This document shows, one piece after another, positions 58,579 to 64,000 of a stretch of DNA of 64,000 nucleotides. Numbering within the stretch: the stretch's first letter is position 1; every line of letters starts with the position of its first letter. The stretch comes from Bacteroidales bacterium CF (GTDB lineage Bacteria > Bacteroidota > Bacteroidia > Bacteroidales > UBA932), in contig CP006772.1 of NCBI GenBank assembly GCA_000473305.1, positions 2,237,805 through 2,301,804 of the forward strand, in the 5' to 3' direction. Made by a program: the position numbers and the translations under genes. Under the pieces are notes generated by a model. That model was not told where the DNA came from, did no database searches, and saw only the letters and a program-made list of their open reading frames with translations.

Positions 58579-58828
58579 TTATAACGTTTCGGCGGCTGAG
58601 CCCGTTTTAATGGGCGTAGACGCCTGTTATGGGTCGGTTGCGCTATTGGCTGGTTGTTTTATTTATTTTTCTTTAACTTCTATATCATTAACTCTCTTTA
58701 AAAATACTCATCAACTCGGCTGCCTCTCTTTTTCTGCAAATGACCGGTACTTTTTGCTCTTAGACAGATACTTTATATTCTAATCTTCTCTCTTTTTCTT
58801 CTGCCGTATTGGTTCCCGCAACTGACCC
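58579..58828 (-). repeat. non-coding cassette type 2 (attC-B + NC2)
   Basis: attC-B 58579-58642, NC2 58643-58828. Confidence 0.7.
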
Positions 58829-58950
58829 ATTAACGGTCGGCGGTATGAAACGTTGGGGATTTCGGAGCTGCGAACCTATCAACCGATAAGAACCTTGCCA
58901 GCGAGCGATGCACTTGGCATACCACTTAAACCCCAATGTTTTATGACCGC
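58829..58950 (-). other. attC-like site (about 120 bp)
   Basis: CATTAACGG|TCGGCGGTATGAAACGTTGGGG...CCCCAATGTTTTATGACCGCG TGTTAGGC. Confidence 0.65.
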
Positions 58951-58953
58951 GTG

Positions 58954-60159
58954 TTAGGCAACGTTAATTTTTTCTTTTTTCTTGTCTAAAACTGTAAATA
59001 TTATCATTAGTATAGTAGCAATTAATGCCATTATAGAACCAAAATAAAATGGCGCATTTGAATTAACCTTATCATACAATAATCCTGCAATTAAACTCGC
59101 AGGTAATAAAGTAATTCCAAGTACAGCATGATAAATTCCAAATCCCGTCCCTATTAAGTCTTTACTAACAATATCAGAAATCATTGCTTTCTGGCTACCA
59201 TCAGTCAATGCACTGTAAAATCCATACAGCATAAACAAGAAAATAAAAACATTTATACTATTAAACCTACCGAAAAAATAATAAACAATTGCATATACTA
59301 TAAAACCCAGAATAATCAATTTTTCACGACCAATTCTATCCGATAATTTTCCAATCGGTATGGCCAGCAAAACAGATACTGTATTAAATATCATATATAC
59401 AAAAGGAATGTATGATTTATCTATACCTGTTTCGCTTGTTTTTACAAGCAATAATGCATCTGCTGAATTACCAAGAGTAAACACGAAAATTATAATAAGA
59501 AAGAAATAAAACTTTTTGGGTAAAAGTTTTAATGAAATCTTATTGGTGGTTTCTTTTTTTTCTGCCTTTGCTTCTTTTATGAAAATAATAATCGTTAATA
59601 CACCAAGAATTGCTGGAATGGTTGCTAATAAAAATATGTAAGAATAATTTAATGGAAAAATAGATAACAATAAGAAAGCAATCAAAGGACCAACAATAGC
59701 CCCACTATTATCCATTGCTTTCTGAAACCCAAAAGTTTTACCAGCTTCATTTTTTTTAATAGAGCCACTTATAAGGCTATCTCGTGGTGCCGCTCTTAAA
59801 CCTTTTCCTATGCGTTCAAAAAACCGAAAAAATAAAATCTGAATTGGTATTCTTGCTAATGCATATAAAGGTGTTATAATGGCTGTAATACCATATCCGA
59901 TAATCATGAATGGCTTGTTTTTACCAATCTTATCACTCCAGTACCCCGAAATTGCTTTTAATAATGATGCCGTACTTTCTGCAATCCCTTCAATTAAGGA
60001 GATAGTTGTTTTTGATGCTCCTATCGACAATAGGAATAGTGGCATCACACTATATACCATTTTGGTAGATGTGTCTGTGAAAAAACTTGTTAATCCGGTG
60101 AAAAAAGCATTTTTCTCTAATCCAAATATTTTTTTCTTTTCATTCATTTTATTAGTCAT
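58954..60159 (-). CDS. MFS transporter
   Basis: 401 aa with 12 predicted TM helices. Confidence 0.8.
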   Translation of the reverse strand: MTNKMNEKKKIFGLEKNAFFTGLTSFFTDTSTKMVYSVMPLFLLSIGASKTTISLIEGIAESTASLLKAISGYWSDKIGKNKPFMIIGYGITAIITPLYALARIPIQILFFRFFERIGKGLRAAPRDSLISGSIKKNEAGKTFGFQKAMDNSGAIVGPLIAFLLLSIFPLNYSYIFLLATIPAILGVLTIIIFIKEAKAEKKETTNKISLKLLPKKFYFFLIIIFVFTLGNSADALLLVKTSETGIDKSYIPFVYMIFNTVSVLLAIPIGKLSDRIGREKLIILGFIVYAIVYYFFGRFNSINVFIFLFMLYGFYSALTDGSQKAMISDIVSKDLIGTGFGIYHAVLGITLLPASLIAGLLYDKVNSNAPFYFGSIMALIATILMIIFTVLDKKKEKINVA

Positions 60160-60184
60160 TCCGCAGTGTCTTTTTTAATGTTGC

Positions 60185-60560
60185 CTAACGGACCGCGGGT
60201 ATAGTACGGCCACCCTGTCCTCTTGCAAACCCATTGCCTCCGGTGGCTGAACTATACCTGGTGTTATAACCAGCTGCGATTTCAGTACAAGATCAAATCG
60301 CCTTTGGCTCATGGTTTTGCCTCATAAAGATAAAAACTTTATTTTTTAATTCAATCACAGATTATCCTAAATATCAACGAACAAACCCAATATTTACACT
60401 AAGGGTTAAATCAAATCTGCATTGGATTGCAAAACCTGTGACAAAGGCGCGGTAATATTATTGAAATTAGAAAAGAGACTTCGAAACTTAAATACACCCT
60501 CTTAAAGCAAAAATCAGATAATCGGCACACACTTCAGCTCTTACAACTTTTTCAAGTTGG
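60185..60560 (-). repeat. non-coding cassette type 1 (attC-A + NC1)
   Basis: attC-A 60185-60270, NC1 60271-60560. Confidence 0.7.
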
Positions 60561-60810
60561 TTATAACGTTTCGGCGGCTGAGCCCGTTTTAATGGACGTA
60601 GACGCCTGTTATGGGTCGGTTGCGCTATTAGCTGGTTGTTTTATTTATTTTGCGTTAACTTCTATATCATTAACTCTCTCTAAAAATACTCATCGATCCT
60701 GATGCCTCTCTTTTTCTGCAAATGACCGGTCCTTTTTGCTCTTAGACAGATACTTTATATTCTGATCTTCTCTCTTTTTCTTCTGCCGTATTGGTTCCCA
60801 CAACTGACCC
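60561..60810 (-). repeat. non-coding cassette type 2 (attC-B + NC2)
   Basis: attC-B 60561-60624, NC2 60625-60810. Confidence 0.7.
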
Positions 60811-60940
60811 ATTAACGTTTCGCAGCTTGGCTAAGTGGCGGTTTTGAAGCACTTACTTTCAATTTAGCACTAAACTTCATTTGAAAACCAAATGTTCAAT
60901 TTAGCACAGAACCCGCCATTTTGCCAAACTGCTGTTAGGT
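60811..60940 (-). other. attC-like site (about 130 bp)
   Basis: CATTAACG|TTTCGCAGCTTGGCTAAGTGGCGG...CCGCCATTTTGCCAAACTGCTG TTAGGTGC. Confidence 0.65.
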
Positions 60941-61033
60941 GCAGGTGTATTTTTGTACTTTGTCATTTTTTGATATTTTCATAAAAACAGCAAAACACTC
61001 AACAATTTTTACTGTCTTTATGAAAAATCAATG

Positions 61034-61225
61034 TCATAAACTCGCTAACATTTTTATAATTGGCTTCACAAAATCATTTGTTGGCTTGTCTTCTACTAAT
61101 GCTCTCTTTTTGTGAGCAATTATTGCCTTTTTCAAATTTTGAATTTGAGCATTAATTGATTTTGCTTGCTCTGCAAAAGTCAATTCTTCAAATGTTTTGG
61201 TGTTGTTTTGGTGTGCTTTTGCCAT
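61034..61225 (-). CDS. small hypothetical protein
   Basis: 63-aa helical ORF. Low certainty. Confidence 0.3.
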   Translation of the reverse strand: MAKAHQNNTKTFEELTFAEQAKSINAQIQNLKKAIIAHKKRALVEDKPTNDFVKPIIKMLASL

Positions 61226-61240
61226 AAAATGAATAAATTA

Positions 61241-61438
61241 TTACAATAATGTAGTTAATAAATTACCGTGAGCAACAACACGATAGTTGCTATCTTTAGT
61301 CACATTCTGTTTAGGGTCATAATACCCTTTTACACGGTAGTTTGAATCTTTAATCGTTAAAGTTCCATCACTTTCTTGTTCAATGTAACCCAACACACGA
61401 TAATTCGAATCTTTTAAAGTCTGAATAACTTTTCCCAT
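61241..61438 (-). CDS. small protein with three KDSNYRV(x)GY repeats
   Basis: 65 aa: LKDSNYRVLGY / IKDSNYRVKGY / TKDSNYRVVAHG. Confidence 0.35.
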   Translation of the reverse strand: MGKVIQTLKDSNYRVLGYIEQESDGTLTIKDSNYRVKGYYDPKQNVTKDSNYRVVAHGNLLTTLL

Positions 61439-61580
61439 AATGAATTTAGTTTAAAGTCCGCCTTCTTTGCAGACAAAATTTTTCACCTACTCTTTTCTCG
61501 GTTTTCGGTTTCCCCGTTTTTTTAGAATTCTGATGAAAATTTCTCGCTTCTTGCTTTTGGCTGTCGCTCGGCACTTGCAC

Positions 61581-61958
61581 CTAACGGACCGCGGGTATAG
61601 TACGGCCACCCTGTCCTCTTGCAAACCCATTGCCTCCGGTGGCTGAACTATACCTGGTGTTATAACCAGCTGCGATTTCCGCACAAGATCAAATCGCCTT
61701 TGGCTCATGGTTTTGCCTCATAAAGATAGAAACTTTATTTTTCAATTCAATCACAGATTATCCTTAAAATCAACGCACAAACCCAATATTTACACTTAGG
61801 GTTAAATCAAATCCGGATTGAATAGCAAAACCTGTGACAAAGGCGCGGTAATATTATTGAATACAGAAAAGAGACTTCCTCAGTTAAATACACCCTCTCA
61901 AGGCAAAAATCAGACAACCAGCACAAACTTCAGCATTCACAACTATTTTCAAGTTGGT
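61581..61958 (-). repeat. non-coding cassette type 1 (attC-A + NC1, subvariant shared with 11440-11628)
   Basis: attC-A 61581-61666, NC1 61667-61958. Confidence 0.7.
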
Positions 61959-61960
61959 TA

Positions 61961-62077
61961 TAACGGTTACGTATATGAAACGTTTGGCATTTCGAAGCAC
62001 TTTCCTGTCAAGTTACAACTACTTTTGATACGGGCTGAAACGCTCGATAACCCACTGACTGCCAAATGTTTTATATA
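61961..62077 (-). other. attC-like site (about 117 bp)
   Basis: TTATAACGG|TTACGTATATGAAACGTTTGGCA...TGCCAAATGTTTTATATAC. Confidence 0.7.
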
Positions 62078-62099
62078 CGATGTTATGCGTTTGCCATTT

Positions 62100-63536
62100 T
62101 TATTTTCTATCATATTGTTCGTCAAATTTGTTCATTATTTCAATGTATTCGTTCGGTAGTTTGTCAACTACAAAGTCCATTATTTCTGTTGGAATTTGTT
62201 TGTAAAATGCCGAAGCAATTCCACCTGTTACGCAAGCTATAGTGTCGCTGTCGCCACCGATTGAAATTGCAAGTCTAATGGCATTTTCAAAGTCTGAACT
62301 TTCAAGGAAGGCTACAATTGCTTGTGGAACTGAACCCTGACAAGTTACGTCAAATTTGTAAGTAGGTCGTATTTCGTCAAGTGTAAAGTCAAGATTATAG
62401 TTGAAAGTCCGAGTTATGTAGTCTTTAATTTCTTGTTTTGATTTTCCTTGTCTTGCTAGAAATATTGCAGTTGCTGTTGCCTGTGCTCCTTTAATTCCTT
62501 CGGGATGGTTATGTGTTACTTCTGCTGACTGTTTAGCCACTTCCATAACGGTTTCAATGTCATTAAAGGCAAAACCGACCGCACTTGCTCTCATTGCCGA
62601 ACCATTACCGAAACTTGCGTAAGGTTTTAAATTGTCTTCTTGTAGCCAATTTCTGAAACTACCACCATAACCACGTCCACGATATTTTCTGCCATATTCC
62701 CAAATTGTCTTGGCAAAATTTTTCTTATTCAATATGCAGTCAGCAACGGCAATTGTTAAAACTGTATCGTCAGTAAAATCACACTTTGGATTGAATAAAT
62801 CAAAGTCGGTTGTTTTAATGTTGTTCCATTCAAACACGGAACCAATTACGTCACCGATAACTGCACCAATTATTGTGTTTGATTTATTTTCATTTTTTAA
62901 TATGCTTCTGTATCCTAAAATAACTTCTGATATATTTTTCGCCAACTCTAAATCTTCACCTTCAAAATGATTTCTTAAATCTTCTCCGTCAACAATATAA
63001 TCGTTATCATTTTTTTTGTTTTTAAAACAGTCCAAATTATAGATTGATTTTATGTAGTTTGGTGTTTTAGTCATTACTGCCCAATGTAAAAGACTTACTA
63101 AATCATAATCTGTCAGGTCTTTTGTTTTAAGTTTTAAACAACCACCATAATCACCTAAAAAATAATAATGTTGGTGGTGCGAAACAATTCTGCTGCCTAA
63201 ACACGAATAATGATTGCCAATTCTTGGTGTTTCTGGGAAAAATGTAGGGTGTGAAGATTTGTTGTCTGTCGCTGTGCTTTTGGGTTCACTGTCAGGATTA
63301 AAGTTTCTGAAAACAGCACATTCTTTTTCCAAATTACTCCAAACATAATCTTCAACTTTTTCAATAGGTAATTTGTCCCAAAAATGCATTGGATTGTAAT
63401 AAAAAATCAAATCTTTACCGTCATTTAAAGCAAAAAAGTAATGGGACACATAAATAGCATTTGTGCCTTTTGTCCTACGCAAATCATCTATGAGTAGTCC
63501 ATTTACTTTTGTGTCAAATCCTGAATATTCCTTCAT
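62100..63536 (-). CDS. ADP-ribosylglycohydrolase family protein with a ~200-aa N-terminal extension
   Basis: 478 aa. The C-terminal 280 aa carry the ARH fold signature (IIGAVIGDVIGSVFEW...DDTVLTIAVADCIL...GGDSDTIACVTGGIASAFY). Confidence 0.7.
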   Translation of the reverse strand: MKEYSGFDTKVNGLLIDDLRRTKGTNAIYVSHYFFALNDGKDLIFYYNPMHFWDKLPIEKVEDYVWSNLEKECAVFRNFNPDSEPKSTATDNKSSHPTFFPETPRIGNHYSCLGSRIVSHHQHYYFLGDYGGCLKLKTKDLTDYDLVSLLHWAVMTKTPNYIKSIYNLDCFKNKKNDNDYIVDGEDLRNHFEGEDLELAKNISEVILGYRSILKNENKSNTIIGAVIGDVIGSVFEWNNIKTTDFDLFNPKCDFTDDTVLTIAVADCILNKKNFAKTIWEYGRKYRGRGYGGSFRNWLQEDNLKPYASFGNGSAMRASAVGFAFNDIETVMEVAKQSAEVTHNHPEGIKGAQATATAIFLARQGKSKQEIKDYITRTFNYNLDFTLDEIRPTYKFDVTCQGSVPQAIVAFLESSDFENAIRLAISIGGDSDTIACVTGGIASAFYKQIPTEIMDFVVDKLPNEYIEIMNKFDEQYDRK

Positions 63537-63551
63537 TAGGTCGTCTTTTTA

Positions 63552-63680
63552 TGGTAACGCATAACGGCTGACGCTATAGCAAGTGTGGGATTAAATTGTT
63601 GCTCAACTATCTGCCAGCACAAATGTATATTAAGATTTCAAATGTTTCAACGAACACGCAAACCCACATTTGCTATAGCG
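63552..63680 (-). other. attC-like site (about 129 bp)
   Basis: GCATAACGG|CTGACGCTATAGCAAGTGTGGG...CCCACATTTGCTATAGCG TTTGTTAGCGG. Confidence 0.65.
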
Positions 63681-63697
63681 TTTGTTAGCGGTAGTGC

Positions 63698-64000
63698 TTA
63701 TTTTATCTCAGTAAATGTCCGAATATAAATTTGTGGATTTCTACCAGCTTTTTGTCTATTTGAAGGATGAAATGCAAAGATTATTTTAATATTCTTCTCT
63801 CTTATTTCTCTTAGTGTATTCGAACTAGGTAGTTTACCTTGAAACAAGATTATGTTTGGTTTTAAGATTTCAATTTCTTTTAATAACAATGATTCTTCTA
63901 ATTCTTTTTTTAGGAATTTTCTGTTTTCGTTACCAGATCGATTTACTCTCGATATAGTTACAAATTTATGGAGATTTGTTAATGCTACAAACGACAATGG
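63698..64000 (-). CDS. hypothetical protein, 3' part (cassette gene probably extending beyond the window end)
   Basis: Minus-strand ORF open to the window edge, ending at 63698 next to an attC. Confidence 0.35.
   Translation of the reverse strand, partial: PLSFVALTNLHKFVTISRVNRSGNENRKFLKKELEESLLLKEIEILKPNIILFQGKLPSSNTLREIREKNIKIIFAFHPSNRQKAGRNPQIYIRTFTEIK

Noticed and set aside
32915-61958. CRISPR array as the explanation for the many regular repeats
   Set aside because: Repeat units are 85-600 bp and the spacers are kilobase-scale gene-containing segments. There are no 25-40 bp direct repeats at regular intervals and no cas genes.
1-64000. tRNA, rRNA or tmRNA genes
   Set aside because: No cloverleaf-compatible tRNA-like segments or rRNA-like conserved blocks were recognised by eye. 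The structured GC-rich elements present are better explained as attC sites.

Overview
The window looks like AT-rich Bacteroidota chromosome. Signs are lipoprotein signal peptides, a Fibrobacter-succinogenes paralogous-domain protein, a SusC-like TonB-dependent receptor, and IS21/IS3/IS66/IS91 families. Positions 1-8500 are ordinary chromosome: a GNAT gene fragment, DUF3795 and DUF4440 proteins, lipoproteins, and an IS3 inserted at the 3' end of a small PAS-domain gene. From about 8.5 kb to the end of the window, and probably beyond, the DNA is organised as one very large integron-type gene-cassette array. I count at least 28 attC-like recombination sites of 60-130 bp. Each begins with ...YTAAC|GG and ends with GTTA(T/G)RY, and each contains a different imperfect internal palindrome. 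They separate units whose ORFs are all on the minus strand, always with the attC at the 3' (low-coordinate) side of the gene. No integron integrase is present in the window. Gene polarity predicts intI/attI beyond the right edge, and the left edge of the array, with a degenerate terminal attC, is near 8540-8590. Cassette cargo is typical conflict and accessory material: a KilA-N protein, MazEF, a two-gene nuclease module (a beta-CASP MBL-fold protein plus a PD-(D/E)xK-like protein), an SMI1/KNR4 immunity protein, a UvrD-like helicase three-gene module, an Mrr restriction enzyme, an ADP-ribosylglycohydrolase, an MFS transporter and small orphans. Three cassettes are unusually large (7-9.5 kb): an RND efflux operon with three TetR regulators, a two-component-regulated TonB receptor locus, and a six-gene bactofilin/SPFH membrane module. 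Each large cassette is bracketed by direct copies of a roughly 60-bp motif just inside its attC sites. Two non-coding cassettes (attC-A + about 290 bp; attC-B + about 185 bp) recur 8 and 6 times at near-identity. The array is further punctured by two different IS21 elements (6-bp and 5-bp TSDs, both inserted into the non-coding cassettes) and by an integrase-associated IS91-like element whose transposase is split by an IS66 with an 8-bp TSD.
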